From positions 75,020,001-75,084,000 of the forward strand of contig OX597825.1 of NCBI GenBank assembly GCA_951406725.2: 64,000 nucleotides of DNA. The letters run 5' to 3'. A program made the translations under genes and the position numbers. Position 1 is the stretch's first letter. The number at the start of each line of letters is the position of its first letter. A model generated the notes under the pieces. That model was given only the letters and a program-made list of their open reading frames with translations. It did no database searches and was not told where the DNA came from. The DNA comes from Octopus vulgaris (taxonomy: Eukaryota). Positions 25,315-37,420 of this stretch are shown here, piece by piece.

Positions 25315-25959
25315 TTGTTGTTCAGCTTTTGTTTTTTCCCTACATTGTTACATTCAAGAATAATATCATTTCTTTTTTACTAGTGTTATTGGGCTTTGAT
25401 CATGCTGAAGCACCAACTTGAAGGATTTTAGTCAAACAAATTGATCCCAATAATGTTTTTTTGTTTTTTTAAGACTAGTGCTTAATTTATTGGTCTCTTT
25501 TTTTTAAATCTCTTTTTATCAAACTGCTAAGTTATGGAGATGTAAATAAACCAATACTCGTTGTCAAACAGTGGTAGAAGACAAACATGCATACATGCAT
25601 GTGCACACACACAAATGTGTGTTCATTAAGCTCTACTGTCTACATTGGCATGGTTTCTATGGTGGCATGCCTTTCCTAACATTAAGTACTTTATGGAATT
25701 ACTGGGTGGTTTTTATGTAGCATCGGCCCTAGTGAGGTCAGTAAGTAACTTGCAAATCAAAGACCCTCTCAACTGAGAGGAGGGAGTAGTATTGAAAGAA
25801 GTGGCTTTGTGCCGGATGATGAGGGGTATGATAGAGGGACAGAAATAGGTGTCTTGCTGTGGAGGAGATGGATGGGTAAAATTGATGTTTCATTAACTTT
25901 CAGTGCTCCATTTACCAGTTTCACTCAAGAACTTGGGAAGCCTAATGGTTATTACCCAG

Positions 25960-26750
25960 TTTTCCTAAAAAAGCTTAGGATTATTAAGACCTTGCAGACA
26001 GAAGGAAAGTTCTTAACATGGCTTAGTAAACCAGCCAAAGATTATTAGCAAATAAGCTGATTATTATGTACAAGATTTAGCAAACAGGAGGAAGAATTTC
26101 TGGAAGGCTTTGCAAATGAGCTAGAGGTCATTAGTTGGAGCTCATTAGCAAAACTTAGGAAGCAATCTCAGGCTTGGCAAAGAAACAGACCATTTGCAAG
26201 GCTTAGCAAACAAGAGGCAGATGATAAGCAAGGCTTAGCAAACATGAGGCAGATTATTAGCAAGGTTTAGCAAACAAGAGGCAGATTATTAGCAAGGCTT
26301 AGCAAACATGAGGCAGATTATTAGCAAGGCTTATCAAACAAGGGACAGATTATTAGCAAGGCTTAGCAAACTAGAGGAAGGTTATTAGCAAGGCTTAGCA
26401 AACTAGAGGAAGGTTATTAGCAAAGTTTAGCAAACCAATTGACAGTTATTAAGGTTTAGCAAATAAACTAAAGATTATTAGCAAATAAGAGGAAGGTTAT
26501 TAGCAAGGTTTAGCAAACAATAGGAAAATTAAGAAGGCTGGGTAAACAAGATTAAGAAAGCTTTGCAAAGAAGTCTGTTAGCAAGGCTTAACAAGTGAGT
26601 AGTTTATTAGCAAGGGTTAATAAATAAGCTAAAGATTAAAGATGGTTTAGAAAATAAGCTGAAGATTATAAGAAAATTTAGGAAACAAAGTGGAAGATTA
26701 TATTAGCAAAGTTTAGCTAGCAAGCTGAAGATTATTCAAAGTCTAAGAAA
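25960..26750. repeat. 32-bp minisatellite (AGCAAGGCTTAGCAAACATGAGGCAGATTATT)n with degenerate flanks
   Basis: agcaagg recurs at 26227, 26259, 26291 and 26323; the pattern decays outward. Confidence 0.9.
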
Positions 26751-27203
26751 GCCAAATAATATTAAGGAGCCATATATTTGAAATTTCTTAATAAAAAGGA
26801 AGATAATTAATTTATGAAAAAGAAAAAAAATGAAAGAAAGAAAGAAGCTAATGATGTCTGTAAAGTTTGGTTGAAAATCTTAAATTTTGTTTGCTTTTTG
26901 AAAGCTTTATTGATAGTGGCAGCACTATCTAAAAGTTGTCAGACAGTTTGAAAGAAACAAATAGCTATTGAGAATTCTTTGGAATTAGGAAACAGTTTAG
27001 AGAGAGATAAAAAATATATCAGAACTGTTTTATCTGAAAATTTTTCTCTTATCTGTTTGGTGGGTGAGGATTAAAAGAATTTTTGAAGAACATCAAAATA
27101 GAATTATTTTCTTTTTCATTTCGTGACCAGGTTTTCTTAGTCATATGCTGTCTAAATAAAACTTGAAATTAAAACTATATATGTATGTTTATTGTTCCTT
27201 CAA

Positions 27204-27260
<57 letters not shown>

Positions 27261-27286
27261 CATCATTTGTATCTATACACAAATAC

Positions 27287-27331
<45 letters not shown>

Positions 27332-27467
27332 CGTATTTGTGTATAGATACAAATGATGAGCTTCTTTCAGATTCTGTCTACCAAAGCTATGGTTGACACA
27401 AGGCTATAGAAGAAAACACTTGCTTAAGGTGCCAGCGCTAAGATTATATATATATATATATATATGT

Positions 27468-27770
27468 GGAGGCGCAATGGCCCAGTGGTTAGGGCAGCGG
27501 GCTCGCGGTCGGAGGATCGTGGTTTCGATTCCCCGACCGGGCATTGTGTGTGTTTATTGAGCAAAAATACCTAAAAGCTCCACGAGGCTCCGGCAGGGGG
27601 TGGTGATCCCTGCTGTACTCTTTCACCACTCTTTCTCCCACTTTCTTCTGTTGGCCTGCTCGCTTAGTCAGTGGAATGGCATCGTTCGAAGGCTAAAACA
27701 ATGCGAACGCATTGTAACCAGCGATGTGTAGCAACATCTGATGGTCTGGTCGGTCACGTGATCACGTGAT
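27468..27770 (+). mobile_element. tRNA-Arg-like SINE (possibly octopus OR-type), full length, inserted in (TA)n
   Basis: A box tggcccagtgg, a TCG anticodon-like loop, B box ggtttcgattcc and a tail tcacgtgatcacgtga. A second head copy lies at 46937-47086 (-). Confidence 0.85.
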
Positions 27771-27779
27771 ATATATATA

Positions 27780-28143
27780 TCTTTTACTTTTTGCAGTAAT
27801 TTTGACTATGGCCATGATGGGGCACCACCTTAAAGGGTTTTTATTTAAAAAAAAAGTCAACCCCAGGACTTACATTTTTTTAAAGCATGTTACTTATTCT
27901 ATTGGTCTCTTTTGCTGAACCACTAAGTTCTGGAGACATAAACACCAACACTGGTTATCAAGAGTGGGTGGGAGGCACTCACACACGTATATACGATGGG
28001 CTTCTTTCAGTTTCCGTCTATCAAATCCACCCACAAGGCTTTGGTTGGCTCGAGGCTGTAGCAGAAGACGCTTACCCAAGGTGCCATGCAGTGGGAATGA
28101 ACCCAGAACCATGTGGTTGAGAAGCAAGTCCCTTACCACAGCA
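27780..28143 (-). mobile_element. Family A SINE
   Basis: Collinear with the 12441 copy. Confidence 0.85.
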
Positions 28144-28191
28144 ATACGTATACCATTTTCAGCAAACATTCCAATGCAATAATTTATGTGT

Positions 28192-28415
28192 TTACTCTTT
28201 TACTCTTTTACTCTTTTACTCGTTTCAGTCATTTGACTGCGGCCATGCTGGAGCACCGCCTTTAGTCGAGCAAATCGACCCCGGGACTTATTCTTTGTAA
28301 GCCCAGTACTTATTCTATCGGTCTCTTTTGCCGAACCGCTAAGTGACGGGGACGTAAACACACCAGAATCGGTTGTCAAGCAATGCTAGGGGGACAAACA
28401 CAGATACACAAACAT

Positions 28416-28458
<43 letters not shown>

Positions 28459-28634
28459 CATACATATATACGACAGGCTTCTTTCAGTTTCCGTCTACCA
28501 AATCCACTCACAAGGCTTTGGTTGGCCCGAGGCTATAGTAGAAGACACTTGCCCAAGATGCCACGCAGTGGAACTGAACCCGGAACCATGTGGTTGGTAA
28601 GCAAGCTACTTACCACACAGCCACTCCTGCGCCT
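28192..28634 (-). mobile_element. Family A SINE, full length, young
   Basis: (tactcttt)n tail, retained CpGs, head accacacagccactcctgcgcc. Confidence 0.92.
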
Positions 28635-29294
28635 ATGGGTTTGGTGGGTTTTTCTTTAACAAAATCTAATGGTAAGACTACAGGAGTCACATAGTATTTA
28701 CATATTTAGGCCAGTCAATGTTTATTCTGTTTTATATAAATATTCAAATATAAGGGAAGTGATTTTCGTTAAAACTAACAATCAATTTTTTTTGGCGGAG
28801 CAGGGTGCTAAACAGTTCAGGTTATATAAAAGTTATTTCTACTCAGTTTCATTGACCAATCACCTCACTGTTTCCTCTCTTTGTATTATTGGCAACTTAT
28901 CTGCATTGCACCATTGCTGATCTGTCCTGTCCTGTAGTATGGTGTGGTAGAATCATGTGTAGTGGAGATTGTTTGTAAACCAGCCTCATCTAGACTGCTT
29001 TCATATTTTCTGTTAATGGTCTCTTTTTACTGCTGCTTGCTTGTTTCCTTCCTTCCTTCCTTCCTGCTGTCCTTTAATTCTTGCTTTTTTTTTTTTATTG
29101 CATGCATTTTTTTTTGAGGGGTGGGTAGGTTCTTTTATGAATTATTTTATTTAATTTTCTTCTTGTTTTTTTTTCCTTTTTTTTCCCCGATAAACTGATT
29201 GTTCTCTGTTGTAGACAGTGAAACCGAACACAGCAAATAAAAAGATTAATCTTTTTAATCTTTGAATTAGCTAAACTCATGCATTTGTACAAGT

Positions 29295-29420
29295 GAGACA
29301 GAAAGAGAGAGAGAGAAGGAGAGAGAGAGAGAAGGAGAGAGAGAGAAGGAGAGAGAGAGAGAAGGAGAGAGAGAGAGAAGGAGAGAGAGAGAGAAGGAGA
29401 GAGAGAGAGAAGGAGAGGGG
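29295..29420. repeat. (GA)n-derived 16-bp polypurine repeat
   Basis: Repeating gagagagagagagaag units. Confidence 0.9.
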
Positions 29421-29483
29421 GAAAAAAATCGAAAAGTTCAATACAATTTAAATTTTTATTGTTTTTATTTTTCATTACAAAAG

Positions 29484-29533
<50 letters not shown>

Positions 29534-29576
29534 AAAACGGACGTTAATCGATGATGATGATGATGATGATGATATA

Positions 29577-29607
<31 letters not shown>

Positions 29608-30070
29608 GATGTGTACAATTATTAGGATAGACAGCTACAACTTGCAGTCTCTGGGTCGGATTGTACTGCTCTTCTGAGACTGTTTAATAAATGTATATGC
29701 ATTGGTGCTGTTGGTGAGGGTGGGGGCATTATGGAGCCTCAGCTGGCAAACCAAGTCCGCAATGCAGTGTGTGATTTCTGTTTGAAGCTGTTTCTACTTG
29801 ATTTTCATTTGTAACACATTTTGAGGAAGTCAGGAATATCGAACAGGTCTTGCTGTTCACTTTTGTGAATTTGTGTCCTTGTACCTAACTAAGGAATCAG
29901 AATGCGTATTTGTATGTGGCATAGAATGGAAGGGAAATTCCTAGTCATTGAAACTGGAAGCCCAGGTTCAATTCTTACCTGTAACCATTACCTTTACTCT
30001 GCTGATACCCTTAGAAACAGGTTGAATACAACAACAGCAAAAACCTGAGTCAACCAGTAAACCTCTATAC

Positions 30071-30286
30071 CAGTGGTTTTCAACCAGGGTTCCGCGGAAC
30101 CTTAGTGTTCTGCCAGTACAGTCCAGGGGTTCCGCAAGAAGTTACCAAAACTGCTAAAATCGGCAGTAATTTTTAGTTCTCCTGTGCAGATATGTGTGCA
30201 TAAGACTATTAAATTATTGCACAGAAGTTCCTCGAGTAGAATGCTTCTTTGGGGTTCCGCTCCAGCAAAAAGTTTGAAAAGCACTG
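30071..30286 (-). mobile_element. hAT MITE (same family as 21941)
   Basis: TIRs CAGTG...CACTG; 8-bp TSD CTCTATAC at 30063-30070 and 30287-30294. Confidence 0.93.
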
Positions 30287-30740
30287 CTCTATACAGTCAC
30301 ATGACCTGCAAGAAATAGCAGTCAAATCTCCCTCAAATCAGGTGCATACATGGGAAAGTTTATATTAAAATGATGGCAATGATTGTATATACACACATAC
30401 TTGTGTGTGTGTGTGTGTGTGTGTATATAATTATGTTATGTACTTGTGTTAGTGCATCTTTGTGTTTGTCTCTCCCCATTTGATAACTGGTATCTCTGTA
30501 ACTTAGCAGCTCAGCAAAAACAGACTAACAGAATAAGTACCAGACTTCAAATTGGTCCTGTCCTGAGGTGAATTTGATTGACTAAACCCTTCAAGGTGGT
30601 ACCCCCAGCATGGTAACTGTCCAATGACAAACACTTAAAAGAACAGAAGAATAATTAATTTTCACAGAACCCTCAAATCTTAGCCATTCTTTACCCTTTT
30701 CCCTTAGAATTCTGTGAATATTAGATCTTACCACCACTAC

Positions 30741-30906
30741 AGGTGCAGGAGTGGCTGTGTGGTAAGTAGCCTGTCTACCAACCACATGGTTCCGGGTTCA
30801 GTCCCACTGCGTGGCATCTTGGGCAAGTGTCTTCTACTATAGCCTCAGGCCGACCAAAGCCTTGTGAGTGGATTTGGTAGACGGAAATTGAAAGAAGCCC
30901 GTCGTA

Positions 30907-30950
<44 letters not shown>

Positions 30951-31155
30951 TGTCTGTATTTGTCCCCATAGCATTGCTTGACAACCGATGCTGGTGTGTT
31001 TGTGTCTCTGTCACTTAGCGGTTCGGCAAAAGAGACCGATAGAATAAGTACTGGGCTTACAATAGAATAAGTTCCGGGGTCGAGTTGCTCGATTAAAGGC
31101 GGTGCTCCAGCATGGCCGCAGTCAAATGACTGAAACAACTAAAAGAGTAAAAGAG
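30741..31155 (+). mobile_element. Family A SINE, full length, young
   Basis: Near-identical to the copies at 12441 and 56683. Confidence 0.92.
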
Positions 31156-32223
31156 TACAGTTTGAATATGGAAATTTCTAGATTTTGGTCTTGCTTCAGT
31201 TTTGCCAATTCTTTCGCTCATTTATCTTGCTTTTATTTTTTAAAATTCTTGGTGCTTGTTCTATTATCTCTTATTCTTTTATTATCAACTATTCTTGCTG
31301 CCTCTCCTCTTTACACCTTCTTCCAAGAAGTAGATTTTATACCTTGTTGAACAGGTCTTATTTCTAAGTCACACACACACAGAGCTGTGCCATTGTTGCA
31401 TCTGTATAACACCTTGCTCTCTATGGCTCTTGTACTTGATGACATCAGTTTTGTTTTTTAACCACTGGTTTGTCTGGTAGAGCTGCATAGGGTCTCTCTG
31501 ACATTCATTCTCTCTCTCTCTCTCTCTCCTCTCTATATTTTAGCCCTCTTTCGTCAGCCTCCTTTTCTCCTTTATTTGACTCACTTGTACATGGATTTAC
31601 ACCGTCTGGTTGGTGTCTTACTATTTTCTATGTTTAAATATAAACGTGTGTCTACTTGCTTGTTTGCAGTTTTTGATGACAATGTCTACTTGCAATGAAA
31701 TCACTGTTTTATGCAGTCAAACAGCATGGTAGTCTCTCTTCCTCCCCCCTCTCTGCCAACACATTTCCTCTCACACACTTATATATAATCCATCCTTCTA
31801 TATATTTCTTTCTCCCTCTATTTCTACCTCTGTATCTCCCCACTTCATAATACACACACATACATCCATCCCTGTCTCTCTCTCTCTCTCTCTCTCTCTT
31901 CTTCCCCACCCCTTTTCCATGTATATTTGAGTCACCTCCATTATGGATTTACTACAGCCTCCCTAATATTTTAGAATAAGCAAACAAGTGTCCACACGCC
32001 TTTTGTTCAATTTTTGTTCTTGTAACTTTTAGCATTATTTTTTTTTTGTGATCGGGTGGGAGCAGGATATTATTGCTACTTTGGTTAAGTCTGCATGCTT
32101 ATTACATTCAATCTTCAACTTCAGATTGTATCTTTTAAAATTTAATTTGTTTTCATTGGAAAATAAATACCATGAGGTAGTGTATTTCTTAACACTTAAA
32201 GCAATACAGAAACTGTGTAAAAG

Positions 32224-32640
32224 TCGGCGAGCTGGTAGAAACGTTAGCAAGCAGGGCGAAATGCTTAGCGGTATTTCGTCTGCCGTTACGTTCCGAGTTC
32301 AAATTCCGCCGAGGTTGACTTTGCCTTTCATCCTCTCGGGGTCGATTAGATAAGTACCAGTTACACACTGGGGGTCGATATAATCGACTTAATCCATTTG
32401 TCTGTCCTTGTTTGTCCTCTCTGAGTTTAGCCCCTTGTGGGTAGTAAACAAATAGGTATTTCGTCTGCCATTACATTCTGAGTTCAGATTCTGCCGAGGT
32501 TGACTTTGCCTTTCATCCTTTCAGAGTCAATAAATTAAGTACCAGTAGAGCACTGAGGTCGATGTAATCAACTTAATCCCTTTGTCTGTCCTTGTTTATC
32601 CCCTCTATGTTTAGCCCCTTGTGGGCAATAAAAAAATAAG
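32224..32640 (+). mobile_element. Family B SINE dimer (full copy plus a second copy starting at GGTATTT)
   Basis: The unit ggtatttcgtctgcc...gccccttgtggg occurs twice, near 32270 and 32455. Confidence 0.88.
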
Positions 32641-32720
32641 AAACCGCCAGAGAGAATTTTTTCACAGATTGGCAATAAGGACCACAAATTTTACTGTTAT
32701 ATATGGTTATTTAAACTTCA

Positions 32721-33000
32721 AGGCACATGGCTTTATGATTAGGGTATTTGGCTCACAATCATAAGGTTGTGAGTTCGATTCCTGGTGACATATTGTGTCT
32801 TTGAGCAAGGCACTCGACTTCATGTTGCTCCAGTTTATTTATCTGGGGTAAATGAATAGGACCTGTTTTTCAAAGGGCCAGCCTCATCACTTTCTGTTGT
32901 GCTGAATCTCCCTGAGAACTACATTAAGAGTACACATTAATTTCACGAGCAGGCTGTTCTGCTCATCAGAGCAACTGAAACACTCATTGTTGTGTCAGTC
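32721..33000 (+). mobile_element. tRNA-derived SINE variant (52318-type head, different tail)
   Basis: ggcacatggctttatgattagg...gagttcgattcc...ttgagcaaggcact. The tail ctgaatctccctgagaactac is related to 52780-53070 (-). Confidence 0.7.
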
Positions 33001-34363
33001 TAGCTGCATTGTTTTTAGATTGTGACAGACTAAAGACTGGATTATCATGGCTAGAATGGCTTTAATCTTTTAAAAGTCTTTAATCATATGCCATGTGACC
33101 TGGGTCGAAACAAAAAATTAATATGATTGTCAATAAAATACATGTCATTTGTAGTTCAACAACCTGTTAGAAATATTAGTCATAAGGAAAGGACACATTA
33201 AAGAATGTATTTCTAGACATCCCTCCTTAAAAAGTTGGGGTAGCCAATGTTGAAATGCCTTTGATCAGAGATAAGCCCATGTTGAACAGACCCATGATTA
33301 AAGGTATTCTAGGCTTTACCTTTCTGTATATGTAGATGTTAAGACAGTACAGTGTCCTTTGAGGGAGATTTGATTACTATTTCTAGTGAGTCAAATGACC
33401 AAGTTGAAGTATCATTATCAGTTTATATTGCTTAAAGTGATATTCTCTGATAACAGCATGGTTAGCCTCTCATTGATAGATTTAAGTTCTTTGATAAGAA
33501 AGTGCATTTGTAAGCTTCCTGTAAGCCAAGGCTGGGATTCGATTCTCAGTTGAGACCATTTCATTTCATTTACTCATTCCTGGGTTTTCTGACCATTGCT
33601 AATAACTTAGAGTGGGTACAGCTTCTGACAAGCCGACTGACTGTCTTTGCTCATGACACATCATACAGACAAAGCTTTCACTCTGTCACATGACCACCCA
33701 TTGAGTTTTACATAAGTTTCATTCATAAGGAAATGTTGACACACTTGATTCAACACACGCATATGAGATGACTGTCTATTTATTTATTGATTGATTAATG
33801 GGTTGGTTGGTTGGTGATATACTAGCTGTGATTCAGCTAGTGTACTGTATAGTAAGAAAATAGTCTGCTTAGTTAATAACAAGAAGGTGGTGATGGAGTT
33901 GGTGCATTATGTAATAAGAGAAATATGCAGATCAAGTATTAGTGTATTATGTAGCAGAGATGTGGAATTGGCGCAGTTCAAACAGATTATTGGAAATATT
34001 GCTGTGGTACTGATATTGGTGCCTGAGAGTCCTGAGTTCTAATCCTTGAAACTGCCAATGCAAGGATAGAATTGGTATTTTTCCCTTTTGGAGTTTATGG
34101 AATATATACCATACAGATGGCTGTGTGGTTAAGAAGTTTGCTTTGCAACCATGTAGTTTTGGGTTTCATTTTATCTCATGACCTGGCCCCCTGGGCAAGT
34201 GTCTGTGTATTATAACCTCAAGCTAACCAATGCATGATTAATGAAATTTGGTAGATGGAAATTAAGAAAACTTCAAAGTCATTGTCAACTTTTTTGTTGT
34301 AAAAAAAACGAAAATATTGTGCTCTACTTAAAAGTATTGATCTTTCAATTTAACCTTTGACCC

Positions 34364-34395
<32 letters not shown>

Positions 34396-35719
34396 AAGGT
34401 TTATGTAAAGTTTATAAAATTCTTCTGTCAAGAACATACAATTTTTGATAGTAAGAATAAAGCTTCTAAAATGGATAAGGAAATCCAAAGGATTGCTTTG
34501 GTTCAATGGTAGAATTCCTGTCATATCTACAAGAAATGTGAATTTGAGTCTGTGGGCAGCCTTTAACTTTTTCTATATAAAAGGGTAGGGTTTCAACTCA
34601 ATATTTATGTGCTTTATGCACTTGAATACCCACTATTCCACATTCCCATCAAAAGTTAATATAATTCTTATGACATCAATTAATATACATAGGAAGGGCA
34701 TCCAGCTGTAGAAACACTGCCATATCTGACTGGCCTGGTGCAGCCTTCGGGCTCCCCAGACTCCAGTTGAACCGTCCAACCCATGCTAGCATGGAAAGCG
34801 GACGTTAAATGAGGATGATGATATAGGTGTGTGTGTGTGTATGAATTATGCCTTATGCTGTTTACCTGAAGCCTTAATCAATCAGGAGATTGTACTAATT
34901 GATAGTTCACCAAAGTCCAGCATGGCCATCTGATTGAAGGCACCAACTAAATAAATATAATTCTACTCTGCTCTATATAGTGATTACTTTATCTTTCTTT
35001 CTTAAATATATATCATCGTCATCTTCATCGACATTTAACATTCGTTTTACAATGCTTGTATGGGTTAGATAGTTTTACATGATTCAGCAAGCTACAGGGC
35101 TGTGCTGAGTTCCATTGTCAGTTGTGACATGTTAGCTGTACCTGGATGTTCTACCTAATGCCAACCACTTTACTGTATGTACTGTGGAAATCTTTTTTTC
35201 TTTTGGTGCCACTGGTACCTATGACATCATCAAATTGCAAAACAGAAAAGAACAGGATAGAGAAGAGCCCTAATAACTGTGTGTGTGTGGGAGGGTGGGT
35301 GGGTTATCAAAGAAGGGAAGGTTGCTTTATGCCAGGTGTTGGGATATGATAAAGACAAGAACATTGGTCTTGCTATTGAGAAGATACATGGTTAATAATA
35401 TATGAATCCCTTTAGTATTTAAACTGACCATATCTGGTTCAAACATTCTACCTGTTTCATGTTGAAACTGACCAGATCTAATCTCTTACCAAAAACGTTG
35501 TTCTAAAAATATACGAACACATCATTGAAATCTCTGTCCATAGTACCCCATTTTTGAATACAGCTCCAATAACTGTTGTTGCTGTAGTTGCTGCTGTAAC
35601 AGTTGCTTTTGCAACTCCTGTTGCTACTTTTGCAACTGTACTATGGAAGCTAATTGGTCTTCCATTATTTAACAAGTTGTATCATGAACACATTAAGTAA
35701 CCCATGTGAGCTTTAAAAC

Positions 35720-35979
35720 CCTCGTCGCCAGATGTTGTTACGAAATTTGTTACGTACAATAAATAAGATAAACAGACAACAGTAACAACAAGGTAATGAA
35801 TTAACAAATCTCTTTATGAACCAACAATCAATATTCCTTGTGAATTAACCATCTGACACCTGACTTCACTGCAAACTAACACAAACTTCACTCAGCTCCA
35901 AACTCTGAACCTTACTTGGATCGTTACTATTTATACTTTACTCAGACCAGTTTGTCTCTCGTAAGGAGGTGTCGTAACT
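35720..35979 (-). mobile_element. LTR remnant with a tRNA primer-binding site (Ty3/gypsy-like)
   Basis: Terminal inverted ends tgttacga (35736) and tcgtaact (35972-35979); TATAAATA on the minus strand near 35930; TGGCGACGAGG on the minus strand at 35720-35730, just 3' of the LTR end. Confidence 0.55.
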
Positions 35980-35984
35980 CTCGG

Positions 35985-36370
35985 AGCAGCAAACTGGCTT
36001 CCGTGCCGGTCGCATGTAAAAAGCACCATTTGAGCATGATCGTTACCAGCATCGCCTTACTGGCACATGAAAAAACGTTCGAGCGAGGTTGTTGCCAGTG
36101 CCGCTGGACTGGCTCCTGAGCAGGTGGCACGTAAGAAACACCATTTGAGTGTGGCTGTTGCCAGTACCGCCTGACTGGCCCTCGTGCTGGTGGCATGTAA
36201 AATGACCCACTACACTCTTGGAGTGGTTGGCATTAGGAAGGGCATCCAGCTGTAGAAACTCTGCCAGATCAGATTGGAGCCTGATGCAGCCATCTGGTTC
36301 GCCAGACCTCAGTCAAATCGTCCAACCCATGCTAGCATGGAAAACGGACTTTAAATGATGATGATGATGA
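35985..36370 (+). mobile_element. Family C element with internal sub-repeats and a (GAT)n tail
   Basis: gcacgtaaaaagcacc-type sub-repeats, then ggagtggttggcattaggaagggcatccagctgtag...ggaaaacggactttaaatgatgatg. Confidence 0.88.
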
Positions 36371-36718
36371 TTATGATTATGAACTTCATTTGCTGAAGCT
36401 GTTTCTACTCATAGTTGAGTACCTGAGTAACACCTTATAGGTTAACTGGAGCCCTGATTTATGAAGTGCAATTTATTACACACATATACGTATATATAAC
36501 TAAATATGGAAAAAAAAGTATCAAAGCATGTAACAAACTTTATGTAATAGTGTGAGGTTGATGAGTCATTCTGTTGCTGCTCAGTTTTGTACTTGATCAG
36601 CTATGCTTTATCTGATGCAGCGTCAATGATTGCACAGATGTATGACACTCAGAGGAAAGATGAAGTGAACGACGATCGGTGTGTGTGTGTGTGTGTGTGA
36701 ATATCGATGTTTTAGCTT

Positions 36719-37029
36719 AATGGAATTATTTCTGTTGTGTGTGGGGGGAGTCATTTTCTTTTTGTGCCTTATAATGTAACACACTCACTGGTAAAATTTC
36801 CACTTATTTCTTGCAACCTTTTCAATAGTCAAGACTATTGAAAAGGTTGCAAGACGCAACGAAAATTTTAGGAAAATAAGAAATAAGTGGAAATTTTACC
36901 GGTGAGTGTGTTACATTAGGCACAAAAGAAAAAAATGGCTCTCCCCAGGCACAACAGAATATGCTTCAACACACGAACTCATATAAAGAATCTTGCAAAC
37001 CAAATCCCAAAATGGAATTATTTCTGTTG
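36719..37029. mobile_element. Fold-back insert, Penelope-like inverted pseudo-LTR structure
   Basis: Inverted arms at 36730-36812 and 36878-36959; inner 22-bp hairpin at 36809-36854; 19-bp flanking direct repeat aatggaattatttctgttg. Related copies at 47953 and 56439. Confidence 0.7.
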
Positions 37030-37139
37030 AAATGCAATTAAAAATAAAAACATTGTGACAGTGATGTTTTCATTTATTTGGAATATAATGCAATAAATAC
37101 ACAGGTTCGTTATAATTATATATTGTGGGCTCCCCTGTC

Positions 37140-37420
37140 CTAGATTCAGGTTTTGCAATTTCTTGCTCAACAACCTGCAGAAATGATTTGTTTATAGTGA
37201 TCAAATATTTGTGCTGTACATTATATCACGCTCTCCATCAAATCAACATTACCTGTACAGGTGCATGATGTGGCATATGTCAGGTGTCAAAGTGATTGTG
37301 GAGCAACATGAAACGAAGTGTTCAGTTAAAGTACACAATGCATTGCCCAGTCCAGGAATTGAACCCATGATCTCGCAATTGTGAACATGACACCTTAACC
37401 ACTAGGCCATGTGTCCCCAC
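37140..37420 (-). mobile_element. Degenerate tRNA-derived SINE
   Basis: ccaggaattgaaccc...accttaaccactaggccatgtgtcc is the reverse complement of the 52318-type head. Confidence 0.65.

Noticed and set aside
27468-27545. Possible functional tRNA-Arg gene
   Set aside because: There is no proper acceptor stem, and the sequence continues into a SINE body repeated elsewhere.
28823-28850. TATATAAA plus TCAGTT as a possible core promoter
   Set aside because: The spacing is about 22 nt rather than about 30 nt, and both motifs are common in AT-rich DNA.
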